Shown here piece after piece: positions 50,757 through 61,120 of a stretch of 64,000 nt of DNA. This DNA is from Candidatus Multivoradales bacterium (lineage in GTDB: Bacteria; Acidobacteriota; Thermoanaerobaculia; Multivoradales; Multivoraceae): contig CBDCWI010000002.1 of the NCBI GenBank assembly GCA_965223325.1, positions 224,001 to 288,000 on the forward strand, in the 5' to 3' direction. Within the stretch, counting starts at the first letter, position 1, and each line of letters starts with the position of its first letter. The notes beneath the pieces are model-generated. The model saw nothing but the letters and a program-made list of their open reading frames with translations. It made no database searches and was not told the origin of the DNA. The translations under genes and the position numbers were made by a program.

Positions 50757-51780
50757 GCAGATGGACGACCCCAGGATTCTCGACAACCTCGCGCAGCTTT
50801 CCGACCCCACCAGGGCGCGGCTACTGCTCGTGCTCGAGCGCCACGAACTGACGGTAGGGGAGCTCTGTGACGTCTTGCAATTGGCGCAGTCGACCGTCAG
50901 TCGCCAGCTCAAGAGTCTCGGCGATCATGGCTGGTTGTCGCGCCGCCCCGATGGAACGCGGGCGTTCTACTCAATGGACCTCTCGGCTCTCGGGGCGACC
51001 GAGCGTCGCATGTGGCTTCTCGTCCAGGACCAGATGCGCGCCACGATGGCAGCAGAAGAAGATGCGGTGCGTTTCGAGGCGGTGTTGCGTGAACGCCGTT
51101 CACGCTCGACGGAGTTCTTCTCGAAACAGGCGGGAGAGTGGGACGGTCTGCGGCGTGAGCTCTTCGGGGCGCGCTTCGACTCGCTTTCGCTCCTGGGTCT
51201 GCTCGATGCCAGCTGGACGGTTGCCGACCTCGGTTGTGGAACTGGCGAGGTCTGCAAACAGCTCGCCCCGTTCGTTTCACGAGTCATCGGTGTCGATCGC
51301 TCAGAAGCCATGTTGGACGCCGCCCGGACGCGGCTCTCTGACCTGGCGAACGTCGAGCTGCGCGCCGGTGAGCTCGAGCGCCTGCCCATCGAAGACGGTC
51401 AGCTGAGTGCGGCCACCGTGATGCTCGTTCTGCATCACCTTGCCGAGCCCGGCAAGGTGGTCCGCGAGGCCGCTCGCGTTCTCGCGCCGGGCGGAGTCCT
51501 ACTGCTCGCCGACATGATGCCGCACGAACGCGACGACTACCGCCAACAGATGGGTCACGTGTGGCTGGGATTCGAGGAGTCCTGGGTCGTACGCCAACTC
51601 GAGAGCGCGGGGTTTACCGGCGTGCGCTACGTTCCGCAAGCCCCCGACCCCCAGGCGCGTGGCCCTCGGCTCTTCGTCGCCAGCGGCCGCCTACCTGACG
51701 CTCCGCGAGAAACGCAGAGCGAGAGCGCCGAGGCAGAGTTTCCAGTTTCAATCCCCGCTGCCGGTGGATCCCGAGGCTGA
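50752..51780 (+). CDS. sahR: ArsR-HTH + methyltransferase-domain regulator (SahR-like)
   Basis: [35 protein letters not shown]; directly upstream of ahcY. Confidence 0.85.
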   Translation: MKQMDDPRILDNLAQLSDPTRARLLLVLERHELTVGELCDVLQLAQSTVSRQLKSLGDHGWLSRRPDGTRAFYSMDLSALGATERRMWLLVQDQMRATMAAEEDAVRFEAVLRERRSRSTEFFSKQAGEWDGLRRELFGARFDSLSLLGLLDASWTVADLGCGTGEVCKQLAPFVSRVIGVDRSEAMLDAARTRLSDLANVELRAGELERLPIEDGQLSAATVMLVLHHLAEPGKVVREAARVLAPGGVLLLADMMPHERDDYRQQMGHVWLGFEESWVVRQLESAGFTGVRYVPQAPDPQARGPRLFVASGRLPDAPRETQSESAEAEFPVSIPAAGGSRG

Positions 51781-51860
51781 TCTCGAGGCCTCCCGAACCC
51801 CTTACCTCCCCGAGCGAATCACAACAGAACAACAGGGACCGCGGTCCCCGGAGAAGGAAC

Positions 51861-53342
51861 ATGACTACCGCCACGATCGCTAGCGACCTCCTGGTCGCAG
51901 AGGACTACAAGGTGCGCGATCTCTCGCTCGCCGAACTCGGACGCAAAGAGATGGATCTCGCCGAACACGAAATGCCCGGCCTGATGGCTCTGCGTAGAAA
52001 GTACGGCGCCGAGCAACCGCTCGCCGGCACCCGCATCACCGGTTCTCTCCACATGACCACCCAGACGGCGGTCTTGATCGAGACCCTGGCGCATCTCGGC
52101 GCCGATGTGCGCTGGGCTTCCTGCAACATCTTCTCGACCCAGGATTCTGCCGCGGCTGCGGTGGTCGTGGGTCGGCCGGAGAACGGGGGCACGCCTGCCT
52201 CACCCAAGGGCATTCCGGTGTTCGCCTGGAAGGGCGAGACTCTCGAGGAGTACTGGTGGTGCACCCTGCAGGCACTGACCTGGCCTGACGCATCTGGTTG
52301 TGACTTCCTCGTCGATGACGGCGGTGATGCAACCCTCTTGATTCACAAAGGCGCCGAGTTCGAGAAGAGCGGCGTGATCCCGGCATTCGATCCGGACAAC
52401 GACCCCGAAGAGTGGGGCGTGATTCTCGACCTCATCCGCCAGGTGCGCGAGGTCTCGGACGACTACTTCACCAAGATGGCCAAGACCGTCAAGGGCGTCT
52501 CTGAAGAGACCACGACGGGTGTTCATCGGCTTCATCAGATGGTCGAGGCTGGCGAGCTCTTGTTCCCGGCGATCAACGTCAACGACTCGGTGACCAAGTC
52601 GAAGTTCGACAACATCTACGGCTGCCGTCACTCGCTGATCGATGGCATCAACCGCGCCACCGACGTCATGATTGGCGGCAAGGTCGCGGTGGTGTGTGGG
52701 TTCGGCGAAGTCGGCAAAGGTTGCGCCCAGTCGCTACGCGGCCAGGGTTGCCGCGTCATCGTCACCGAGATCGACCCCATCTGCGCGCTGCAGGCTGCGA
52801 TGGAGGGCTACGAGGTCAACACGCTCGAGAACGTCGTCTCGATCGCCGATATCTTCATCACTTCGACCGGCAACAAAGACATCATCACTGCGGACCACAT
52901 GGCGCGGATGAAGGACAAGGCGATCGTTGGCAACATCGGTCACTTCGACAACGAGATCGACATGGCCGGTCTCAAGAAGGTGCCCGGCATCGAGCACGTT
53001 GAGGTCAAGCCGCAGTTCGATCGCTACCAGTTCCCCGACGGACACAGCGTGCTGGTACTCGCCGAAGGTCGTTTGCTGAACCTTGGCTGTGCGACGGGAC
53101 ATCCGAGTTTCGTGATGTCGACCTCGTTCGCCAACCAGGTCCTGGCACAACTCGACCTCAAGAAGAACGCTGCGACCTATGAGAACAAGGTCTACATGCT
53201 GGCGCGCAAGCTCGACGAAGAAGTCGCCCGCCTGCATCTCGATCATCTCGGCGTCAAGCTGACAACCCTCACCAAGGAGCAGTCGGAGTATCTCGACATT
53301 CCCATCGAGGGCCCCTACAAGCGCGACGACTACCGCTACTGA
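51861..53342 (+). CDS. ahcY: S-adenosylhomocysteine hydrolase
   Basis: [51 protein letters not shown]. Confidence 0.98.
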   Translation: MTTATIASDLLVAEDYKVRDLSLAELGRKEMDLAEHEMPGLMALRRKYGAEQPLAGTRITGSLHMTTQTAVLIETLAHLGADVRWASCNIFSTQDSAAAAVVVGRPENGGTPASPKGIPVFAWKGETLEEYWWCTLQALTWPDASGCDFLVDDGGDATLLIHKGAEFEKSGVIPAFDPDNDPEEWGVILDLIRQVREVSDDYFTKMAKTVKGVSEETTTGVHRLHQMVEAGELLFPAINVNDSVTKSKFDNIYGCRHSLIDGINRATDVMIGGKVAVVCGFGEVGKGCAQSLRGQGCRVIVTEIDPICALQAAMEGYEVNTLENVVSIADIFITSTGNKDIITADHMARMKDKAIVGNIGHFDNEIDMAGLKKVPGIEHVEVKPQFDRYQFPDGHSVLVLAEGRLLNLGCATGHPSFVMSTSFANQVLAQLDLKKNAATYENKVYMLARKLDEEVARLHLDHLGVKLTTLTKEQSEYLDIPIEGPYKRDDYRY

Positions 53343-53368
53343 TCCGGACTCCATCCCGGGTCCGCTAT

Positions 53369-53401
53369 GGGGGCAGCCGCTCCAAGCGCTGCCCCCCTTT
53401 T
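53369..53401 (+). terminator. Intrinsic terminator after ahcY
   Basis: GGGGGCAGC..GCTGCCCCC stem followed by TTTT. Confidence 0.65.
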
Positions 53402-53669
53402 CTATATCTGTCACGCAAGGCTTCTCTTGGGGAAAGCAAACGAGCCGCGGGTGAAGGAGTGCCCGATTCCCGTCGTCTTTACGCCTTGGCGGTGAAGCTG
53501 GCCCGAACACCGACCAGTCAGGGGGCTGTACCCTGGAGATCCGGGCAACCCGGCGCGTCGCGCTTCGGTTCTCTCCCGTGCCTCGCCGACCGGACGGGAG
53601 GTCGAGCCCTAGAATCTGGATGAAACTGAGAATTTGTGTGTACGTGTTGAATCCGTTAGAGTCGCAGTC

Positions 53670-55439
53670 GTGAAGACTCTCTGCCCCTCCTTTACCGTGG
53701 CCCCAAAGACCCTGCTTCGAGCCTCCGTGGTGCTCACTGTGGTCACTCTTTCGACCTCTCCAGCGCTGTTTGCCAGCCAGCGCTACCATCCTGAGGTTGA
53801 CCCGGAGGCCTTTCCGCTCCCCGGCCAGCTCGAGCCCGCGGTGGACTTCTGGAAGCAGGTCTTCTCGACCTGGACGACCGAGCACGAGGCCATTCACGAC
53901 GAAGTCCATCTCGACGTGGTCTACGACGTCCTCGACTTCACCGCTCTGGAGGCGGAGAACAGCCCGGTTGTCGCCGCCAAGAAACGCAGAGCAATGGTCA
54001 AGGCCCGTCGGCAGGAGATCCAGACCATCCTGCGGGCACTCGGAGCCGGCACCGAAGTCCAGGCCTCGACGCACGATGTCGAGCGCATTCGGGCCTTGTG
54101 GGCGGACAAGCCAGGGGGCCGCAACGTCTTCGTTCAGGCCGCCGGCAACATGCGTTCCCAGCGTGGACTGCGCGACACGATGGCTGGCGCGATCGAGATC
54201 TCGGGGATGTTCATGCCCGGCATCGAGCGCGCGATGAAAGAGCACGGAGTGCCCATCGAGGCCCGCTGTATGCCGTTCGTCGAGTCGATGTTCAACTACA
54301 AGGCGCGCTCGAAGGTGGGCGCGTCCGGTGCCTGGCAGTTCACCGCGGCGACCGGCCGCCTGTTCCTGCGCATCGACTCCTCAGTCGACGAACGCTCCGA
54401 CGTACTCCTCGCCGCCGATGGTGCCGCGCGTCTCCTGGCAAGCAATTACGAGCGGCTCGAGGCGTGGCCGCTAGCTCTGACTGCCTACAACCACGGCACC
54501 GCCGGCATCGCGCGGGCGGTTCGCAAGACGGGTACCCGCGACATGGGGGTCATCGCAACGACCTACACCTCGAGGACTTTCGGCTTTGCGTCACGTAACT
54601 TCTATCCCTCCTTCCTGGCTGCGCTGATCGTCTATCTCGATCGCGACACCTGGTTCCCGGACGTCGTGCCGCTACCCGAACTGCAGTTCGAGGTCTTCGA
54701 CCCGCCGCGTTTCGTCTCGCTTCCGGGGCTTTCTGCCGAGGCGCAAGTCGACATGGCGCTTCTCGAGGAGCTCAACCCGGCTCTGTCGCGCCAGGTCCTG
54801 GAGGGCGGGCTCTTCGTGCCCCCGGGGTACCCTCTGAGGGTCCCGCCTGGCACGCTGGCAAAGGTCACCGCTGGCTTCGAGCGTCTCGACGCTCGCGCCG
54901 TGGCCGATCGTCAATCGGCCACCCACCATCGTGTGCGCGCCGGGCAAACTCTGGGCGCAATCGCCCGTCAGTACGGCACCACCGTGAGCGTGCTGCAGCA
55001 GGCCAACAACCTCCCGCGCGCTGATCGGATCTATGTTGGCCAGAGACTCGTCGTGCCCCAGGCGCGCGCCCACCGTACCGGCAACACGCTGCCCTCGACG
55101 CCACCCCCTTCGGGAGTGCACGTGGTCTCGCGGGGCGAGACTCTGCAGGCGATTGCCATCCGCTACGGCCTGTCGGTCAGCCAGATCGCAGCGCACAACG
55201 AGTTGGCCAATCCCAACCTGCTCAAGCCAGGTCAGCGCATCGCAATTCCCCGTGCCGGTTCGGCGGCCGATCCGACGGTCGCCCCCGGGCGCGTGGCGCA
55301 CCACGTCGTCAGGCCAGGCGAGACCCTGGTCGCGATAGCCCGTTCCTACGGGACCTCGGTCGACTCTCTACGCAGCTTGAATCAGATCCGCGGCAGTCTG
55401 ATCCGCGTTGGCCAGAAGCTGCAGATCCCAGCCCGCTGA
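53670..55439 (+). CDS. MltD-like lytic transglycosylase with three LysM domains
   Basis: VESMF, GAWQF, AYNHG SLT motifs; three HxVxxGxTL LysM repeats; start uncertain. Confidence 0.9.
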   Translation: MKTLCPSFTVAPKTLLRASVVLTVVTLSTSPALFASQRYHPEVDPEAFPLPGQLEPAVDFWKQVFSTWTTEHEAIHDEVHLDVVYDVLDFTALEAENSPVVAAKKRRAMVKARRQEIQTILRALGAGTEVQASTHDVERIRALWADKPGGRNVFVQAAGNMRSQRGLRDTMAGAIEISGMFMPGIERAMKEHGVPIEARCMPFVESMFNYKARSKVGASGAWQFTAATGRLFLRIDSSVDERSDVLLAADGAARLLASNYERLEAWPLALTAYNHGTAGIARAVRKTGTRDMGVIATTYTSRTFGFASRNFYPSFLAALIVYLDRDTWFPDVVPLPELQFEVFDPPRFVSLPGLSAEAQVDMALLEELNPALSRQVLEGGLFVPPGYPLRVPPGTLAKVTAGFERLDARAVADRQSATHHRVRAGQTLGAIARQYGTTVSVLQQANNLPRADRIYVGQRLVVPQARAHRTGNTLPSTPPPSGVHVVSRGETLQAIAIRYGLSVSQIAAHNELANPNLLKPGQRIAIPRAGSAADPTVAPGRVAHHVVRPGETLVAIARSYGTSVDSLRSLNQIRGSLIRVGQKLQIPAR

Positions 55440-55463
55440 AGCCTCAGGTTCCAACCCCTTGCC

Positions 55464-56396
55464 ATGGAAGAGGTTAGGATTCGTGTGATGGCCGGTACTC
55501 GACCCGACGTACACCCCCGAGAGTGGGTGACCGTAGACTCCGCGGCCGCTCGTTGGCGGGGGGCGCTGGTGCGTACGGCTCGCCTCCTGTGCACGCTCTC
55601 TCTCGCCCTGTCTTCGCTGGCTGTTGGCCCCACGCACGGCCAGGACGTCATCCCGAGTGCCCCCTTCGAACCGACACCCGAAGCCCGCGAACGAGAGCAC
55701 CGGGCTCGCTTTCAGGATGACACCGAGACTTCCGAGGACGGTCCAGAGCGACCGCAGCTTTCTCTTCGCTCACAGGAGTTTCTTCGCCGCGACTGCTACA
55801 ACGCCCTCGGCCGTGAGGAGCTGACTCTTTTCGGCAACGGCACCGTGCGGCTGCGAGCCGGCTCGCCAGCCGGGGTGGGGGCGCTCGATGAGACCGCGCC
55901 GTTCAGCGAGAAAAGTACCGGGCAACTGGCGATGTGGCTTCACGAGCTGGGCCCGAGTGAGCGCGACGCCTTCGTCGCGCGCCTCCAGGAGATCGACCTC
56001 AGCGAGAGCGATGATGAGACATCTTCGGTCACTGGCTCGTGGGTCGAACGCTGCGAGCTTCACCTGGCGGTTCCCGAGCGCAAGCCGCGGAGCTTCTCAT
56101 ACCATCGTTACGATTCACTCAGTCTCGCGCTCCGGCGGGTGGTCGAGGTTGCCGAGAGCCTGCTCGGGTTGATCGAGCGGCACCAACCGTCGGAGACCGC
56201 CCAGCGCCTACCTTCCGGCTTCAGGGCCGAGGTTGGCGATCTTCTGACCCGGGCCGACGGCGAGCTGTTTCGCGTGCAGTTTCGCGCCTCCGGCGGTGCG
56301 AGCGTCGAGCTCCGGGGGGAGAACGTGCCAGTGACCCTCTACCTCCCCGAGAGTCAACTGCGCCAACAGTTCATCGCGGTGGAACGTAGACCCTGA
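55464..56396 (+). CDS. Hypothetical exported protein
   Basis: Co-oriented ORF between mltD-like gene and rsmD, signal-like segment; start uncertain. Confidence 0.6.
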   Translation: MEEVRIRVMAGTRPDVHPREWVTVDSAAARWRGALVRTARLLCTLSLALSSLAVGPTHGQDVIPSAPFEPTPEAREREHRARFQDDTETSEDGPERPQLSLRSQEFLRRDCYNALGREELTLFGNGTVRLRAGSPAGVGALDETAPFSEKSTGQLAMWLHELGPSERDAFVARLQEIDLSESDDETSSVTGSWVERCELHLAVPERKPRSFSYHRYDSLSLALRRVVEVAESLLGLIERHQPSETAQRLPSGFRAEVGDLLTRADGELFRVQFRASGGASVELRGENVPVTLYLPESQLRQQFIAVERRP

Positions 56397-56416
56397 GAGG
56401 AGGGTCGCGAGCCACA

Positions 56417-56983
56417 CTGCGCATTGCGGGTGGTCAGTGGAGGGGACGCCGCCTCAGCGCCCAGGCGCGTTCACGCCCCACACAGCAACGCCTGCGCGAA
56501 GCCTTGTTCTCGCGTTGGCGCGGCCGAGTCGAAGGAGCGCGGATGCTCGAGACGTTCGCCGGGAGTGGTGCCGTGTCGTTCGAAGCGTTGAGTCGCGGGG
56601 CGCACTCGCTGGTGCTCGTCGACGAGCGGCTGGAGACGGCGCGCGAGAACGCGCGGAGCCTCGGCGTCAAAGACTCTCGAGTGACGTTTCTCGAGATCGC
56701 CCTGCCGAGTCCCCTCGTTCTTCCTGGAGGAGGCGCCAGTTTCGACCTGGCGTTCGCCGATCCGCCTTACGGTTTCGAAGCGCTGGAGTCTGTCCTCACC
56801 CACATGGTGCCCTGGCTCGAGCACGACGCCGAACTCGCCCTCGAGCATCGTTTTGGCGAGGCCACCCCAGATCGCGCGACGAGCCACCTCGGGGACAGCG
56901 AAGCGGGTGTTTCGTCCACCTGGGAGCGCACTGAAACCCGCCGCTACGGCGACGCCGGCCTCAGCTTCTATCGACGGTCCTGA
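56417..56983 (+). CDS. rsmD: 16S rRNA m2G966 methyltransferase (apparent CTG start)
   Basis: LRIAGGQWRGRRL, RPT..RLREALF, FAGSGA..FEALSRGA, DPPY, RRYG. Confidence 0.88.
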   Translation: MRIAGGQWRGRRLSAQARSRPTQQRLREALFSRWRGRVEGARMLETFAGSGAVSFEALSRGAHSLVLVDERLETARENARSLGVKDSRVTFLEIALPSPLVLPGGGASFDLAFADPPYGFEALESVLTHMVPWLEHDAELALEHRFGEATPDRATSHLGDSEAGVSSTWERTETRRYGDAGLSFYRRS

Positions 56984-57003
56984 GCAACAAGGTCGGAGGT
57001 TCG

Positions 57004-57639
57004 CTAGCGCTTCGAACCCTGGAGATGAAACGCCAGTTCTTCGAGGTGGATGCGCATATCGACGTTGCGTAGCTGGACTGTGCCTTCGGCACGAAGTGGC
57101 CGCGGCGCGAAGTTGAGGATCGAGGTCACACCGGCGGCCACCAGAGCCTCGAGGGCTTTCTGGGCCGCCTCGGCAGGGACGGCAATGACGCCGATATCGG
57201 CTCCGGTTTCTTCGACCACACCAGCGAGAGCGCTCGCCGCCTGAACGATCACTCCTGCAATCTCGAGTCCCACCCGCCGAGGATCATCGTCGACGCCGGC
57301 GACCACCTCGAAGCTCACGTCATTGAAACCGAAGTAGCCCGCCAGGGCGCTGCCGAGATTGCCCATGCCGACGATGACCAGGCGATGCCGCACGTCGAGG
57401 CCGAGAAGTCCGTGCAGGCGTTTCGCCAGGTCATCGATGCGATAGCCGACGCCGCGAACCCCGAACTCGCCAAAGTGGGCCAGGTCCTTTCGAATCTGTG
57501 ACGACGAGAGATGAAAACGCTCGGCCAGAGCGCCAGATGAAATGGTCTTCTTGTCCTCCGCCTGTAGGGTCCGCAAACAGCGCAGGTATACCGAGAGCCG
57601 GTTCAGGGTGAGCGGCGAGATGTCAGTTGGCGAACTCAT
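57004..57639 (-). CDS. rex: Redox-sensing transcriptional repressor Rex
   Basis: RLSVYLR, ISS..LA, SQIRKDL, GEFGVRGVGY, GMGNLG, ILNFAP. Confidence 0.95.
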   Translation of the reverse strand: MSSPTDISPLTLNRLSVYLRCLRTLQAEDKKTISSGALAERFHLSSSQIRKDLAHFGEFGVRGVGYRIDDLAKRLHGLLGLDVRHRLVIVGMGNLGSALAGYFGFNDVSFEVVAGVDDDPRRVGLEIAGVIVQAASALAGVVEETGADIGVIAVPAEAAQKALEALVAAGVTSILNFAPRPLRAEGTVQLRNVDMRIHLEELAFHLQGSKR

Positions 57640-57870
57640 TCCGGGGTGCGCGCTGCCAGGTCGCAGCGAGACTCTCGCCAGAACACCTGCGACCACGATG
57701 CCACAAGCCGGCGAAAGCACGATACTCTGCTGAGCGTGACAAGAAGACAAGGGGCGATCAACCACCGCGTGACCTGGCGCCGGAAGCGTCGCCCAGTCGC
57801 TGGGCCGCTCTCGGCACCGTCGCCTCGGCAGTACCGCCGTTCTTCGCTCGGGCCTCCGGCCCAGTCCCCG

Positions 57871-57930
57871 CTCCGGAAGGAGCGACTCTAGAAGGCCAAA
57901 CTCTAGAAGGCCCGACTCTGGAAGGGAGCG
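57871..57930. repeat. Four imperfect 15-bp tandem repeats (CTCYRGAAGG core)
   Basis: ctccggaaggagcga / ctctagaaggccaaa / ctctagaaggcccga / ctctggaagggagcg. Confidence 0.75.
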
Positions 57931-58018
57931 TGTCCCGCCGCAATCTGCCGGGGGCTGCCTCCCGGGAGGGTTGAGACCCCAGAAAGAGCCAAGAGTCGGA
58001 ATCGGAGCCAGAACCGGC

Positions 58019-58105
58019 TGGTGCGAAAGGGGGGACTCGAACCCCCACGGTATTGCTACCACAGGCTTCTGAGGCCTGCGCGTCTACCAATTCCGCCACT
58101 TTCGC
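58019..58105 (-). tRNA. tRNA-Leu (anticodon CAG)
   Basis: GCGAAAG acceptor stem, D-loop AATTGGTAGAC, loop CTCAGAA, long variable arm, GTTCGAG, encoded CCA. Confidence 0.97.
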
Positions 58106-58111
58106 GTCGCG

Positions 58112-60439
58112 ATGAGCGGCGATCATAGGAAGAGAAAGAAGACTGTGTCAACGAAGGACAACTCGAATCGCCTCTCCGAGGCTCTCCTCTCCGCCCTGCG
58201 TGCCGCCGGCGCGAGTGGAGCGCCAGCGACCGAGATCGGCCAGGACCTGGCCGAAAGAGGTCTACGGGGACACTCGGTTCCCGACCTTCGCCTGGAGCTG
58301 TTGGCTCTCCAACGGGCCGGCCTGGCGGTCGAATGGGCACGACGCTGGTATCTGGTGGATGCCAGCGAGTGGCGGGTCGGGGTCGTTTCTGGGGCTTCGG
58401 ACGGCACTCTCCTGGTCCGCGGCCGTGGCCGTGACGGGCGGGTGTATCGGGTCCAGGAGCAGAACGCCAGGGGAGCCCGACGCAACGACCGGGTGCTCCT
58501 CAAACGTGTTCGCAAGCGCTCGCGTGCTGCCGAACCCGAAGCCTCTGTGGTGCGAATCCTCGATCGCCGCTCGCCCGGTCTGGTCGGCATGGTGGAGGAG
58601 GGTGAGCGAGGACGTTCTCGGCTGATCGGCTTCGAGCGCTTCGATCACGGCGAGGTCGAGCTCGAAGGCGAGGTCCCGGCCGCAGGGACGTGGGTCCTCG
58701 CCGAGCTCGACGAAGGGCGGGGAAGTGGCCGGCGCCGGGCACGGGTCACGAAAGTCTTTGGCCCGTCGAGCGAACCGGGGGTCGACCTGGATGTGGTGCT
58801 GGCGCACTACGGCATTCCGGACGAGTTTCCCACCGAAGTCACCGCCGCTGCCTCGAGACTTCCCGCAGATCCCGACCCGCTCGACTACTCCGAGCGGGAG
58901 GATCTACGTCAAGAGGTGCTGGTGACCATCGACGGCGAAACCGCGCGCGACTTCGACGACGCCATCTCGGTCAAGCGCAAGGGATCGGGCTTCGAGCTCG
59001 GCGTGCACATCGCCGACGTGGCCGAGTACGTCAAGGACGGTAGCGCGATCGATCGCGAAGCGCTCGAGCGCGGCACCAGCGTCTATTTCACGGATCGCGC
59101 GGTTCCCATGCTTCCTGAAGATTTGTCCAACGGCCTGTGCTCGCTACGCCCGTCGGTACCGCGTCTGGCGCTGTCGGCGTTTCTCGACATCGATACCGAC
59201 GGTCGCATTACGGCGGTGCGCTTCGCCGAGACGCTCATCGAGAGCCGCGCCCGGTTGACCTACACCCAGGTCAACGATTGGTTGGCGGGTGATGATGGCG
59301 CCCTCGTTGCCGACGATGCGGTACGGGCGATGCTGCGCGATGCCGCTTCGTTGTACGAGGTGTTCGCAGAGGACCGCCAGTACCGCGGCACCCTTGATTT
59401 CGATTTGCCGAGTGGCCGCATCGTGTTGGACGACAGCGGCGTTCCGGTCGACATCGAGGCGCAGGAGCGCGGCATCTCCCACCGCATGATCGAGGAGTTC
59501 ATGATCGCTGCCAACGAAGCCGTGGCAACGACGCTGGTCAGCGAGAAGATCCCGGGCCTCTTCCGGGCCCACGAATCACCCAGCGCCTTGCGCATCACTG
59601 AACTCCTCGGCGTCCTCCGAAGTCTCGGCCTCGAACTACCCGGCGGCGGCCAGGAGGAGGTGGCTGTGACACCCCTGCCGCTCCAGGAACTCTTGTCTTC
59701 AGTCAGCGGCGCGAGCGAGGAGCGCCTGGTCTCGATGTTGGTTCTGCGTACCATGGACCGCGCCCGCTACGACCCCGAGAACCACGGGCACTACGCCCTG
59801 GCCCTCGACGCATACTCCCACTTCACCTCGCCGATTCGGCGCTACCCAGACCTGTTCGTGCACCGGCAACTCAAGGCCTGGCTCAACCGACAGCCGACTG
59901 ACGTTTCGCGCATGCGCCTTCAGCACCTCGCCGAGGTCACCAGTGAAAAGGAGCAGCGCGCTGAGCAGGCCGAACGCCAGTTGCTGCAGTGGAAGAAGGT
60001 TCGCGTGCTGGAGGCACGCATCGGCGAAGTGATGGAAGGTCACATCACCGGAGTGCAGCCCTTTGGGCTCTTCGTCCAGCTCGATGAATGGTTGGCCGAC
60101 GGCCTGGTCCCCATCGCTACGCTGCGTGACGACTACTACGTCTTCGATTCCGCCGGCCACCTCCTCACCGGCGAGCGGAGTGGGCGGTGCTTTCGCCTCG
60201 CCGACGCGGTGACCGTGCGTCTCGTAGGAACCAGCGAGCGCCATCGCGGTCTCGATCTCGAGGTCGAAGACATGCCCCGGGAACCGACCTTCCGTGCGCG
60301 CAGTCGAAAGAGAGGTGCCGGTAACGACCGCGGGCAGCGGTCGAAGCGCCTGGATCGACGTGGCGACAGCCGCGCCGGCGAAAACGGCGCAGCCGCTGAG
60401 CGAATCGGCTGCCATACTACGAAGACACCGAAGCTCTGA
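58112..60439 (+). CDS. rnr: Ribonuclease R
   Basis: TIDGETARDFDDA, VHIADV, IEEFMIAAN, HFTSPIRRYPDL, S1 domain, basic tail; start may be GTG 58145. Confidence 0.93.
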   Translation: MSGDHRKRKKTVSTKDNSNRLSEALLSALRAAGASGAPATEIGQDLAERGLRGHSVPDLRLELLALQRAGLAVEWARRWYLVDASEWRVGVVSGASDGTLLVRGRGRDGRVYRVQEQNARGARRNDRVLLKRVRKRSRAAEPEASVVRILDRRSPGLVGMVEEGERGRSRLIGFERFDHGEVELEGEVPAAGTWVLAELDEGRGSGRRRARVTKVFGPSSEPGVDLDVVLAHYGIPDEFPTEVTAAASRLPADPDPLDYSEREDLRQEVLVTIDGETARDFDDAISVKRKGSGFELGVHIADVAEYVKDGSAIDREALERGTSVYFTDRAVPMLPEDLSNGLCSLRPSVPRLALSAFLDIDTDGRITAVRFAETLIESRARLTYTQVNDWLAGDDGALVADDAVRAMLRDAASLYEVFAEDRQYRGTLDFDLPSGRIVLDDSGVPVDIEAQERGISHRMIEEFMIAANEAVATTLVSEKIPGLFRAHESPSALRITELLGVLRSLGLELPGGGQEEVAVTPLPLQELLSSVSGASEERLVSMLVLRTMDRARYDPENHGHYALALDAYSHFTSPIRRYPDLFVHRQLKAWLNRQPTDVSRMRLQHLAEVTSEKEQRAEQAERQLLQWKKVRVLEARIGEVMEGHITGVQPFGLFVQLDEWLADGLVPIATLRDDYYVFDSAGHLLTGERSGRCFRLADAVTVRLVGTSERHRGLDLEVEDMPREPTFRARSRKRGAGNDRGQRSKRLDRRGDSRAGENGAAAERIGCHTTKTPKL
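58122..58151 (-). promoter_or_regulatory. Near-consensus sigma70 promoter for tRNA-Leu
   Basis: TTGACA-N18-TATGAT on the minus strand. Confidence 0.75.
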
Positions 60440-60464
60440 AGCACTCTGAAGCACCGCACCTCTC

Positions 60465-61052
60465 TTGCCGCCGCGCACCCCCATGCGATACCTCGAAATG
60501 AACCGAATCACTGCACAGACTGCATCCACTGCGCGCTCTGCACACAGAAGAACCAACGCCGCCGGCCGGTTCGTCGTGGGCAGGGTAGTGCTCGTCGCTC
60601 TCCTGGTCGTCAGCCTGTCTGCATGCGGCGGCGGGAACAATCCTGACCCCGACCCACTCGAACGCGAGCGGATCGAGGCCGTTCTTGCGTCCTATCTCGA
60701 TGGCATGGCAGCGGCCTACGCAAGTGGCGACACGTCCCAGCTCGAAGGCATCGCAGCCCCCAAAGAGATCGCGATCCTGCAGAAGAAGATCGGCGACCTG
60801 ATGGCGCAGGAGAATCGCTACATCGAAGCGACCCTCGAGGACTTCGTCATCGAGAAGATCCTGATTTCGAACTACTCGAACGCCTACGTGACAACTCTCG
60901 AGACCTGGGACTTCCGCGTCCTGGCAAGCGGTAGCGACGTGGTGACGTCAGAGGTCGACGATCAGCGGCAGCGCGTCAAGTACCAGATGGGGCGCACCGG
61001 CGACTCGTGGCAGGTGCTCTACCGCCTGATCGAAACCACCTTCGATGACTGA
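60465..61052 (+). CDS. Hypothetical lipoprotein (possibly NTF2-like)
   Basis: Lipobox LSAC; start uncertain. Confidence 0.65.
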   Translation: MPPRTPMRYLEMNRITAQTASTARSAHRRTNAAGRFVVGRVVLVALLVVSLSACGGGNNPDPDPLERERIEAVLASYLDGMAAAYASGDTSQLEGIAAPKEIAILQKKIGDLMAQENRYIEATLEDFVIEKILISNYSNAYVTTLETWDFRVLASGSDVVTSEVDDQRQRVKYQMGRTGDSWQVLYRLIETTFDD

Positions 61053-61120
61053 CAGGCTCAGCTTGATCTCGGCTGGTGCCCACGACGTGCCAACGCTGAT
61101 CCAGAGCGCTCTTTTCTCCC

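Noticed and set aside
50602-51860. SAH/SAM riboswitch in the sahR-ahcY intergenic stretches
   Set aside because: No consensus match; a protein operator explains the regulation
53420-53530. c-di-AMP riboswitch before the LysM transglycosylase
   Set aside because: Only scattered resemblance (GGGGAA, GGGTGAA, CCCGA..CCCGTC); lacks the GCTGAA and CAGCTAAC elements. An Infernal scan would settle it
53617-53628. 12-bp match (TGGATGAAACTG) to the left repA IR arm
   Set aside because: Single partial match 9 kb away; chance cannot be excluded
57734-57752. Rex operator upstream of rex
   Set aside because: Too weak a match to TTGTGAA-N4-TTCACAA
57640-58062. N-terminal extension of Rex
   Set aside because: Runs through the tRNA and repeats; Rex homology begins at 57639
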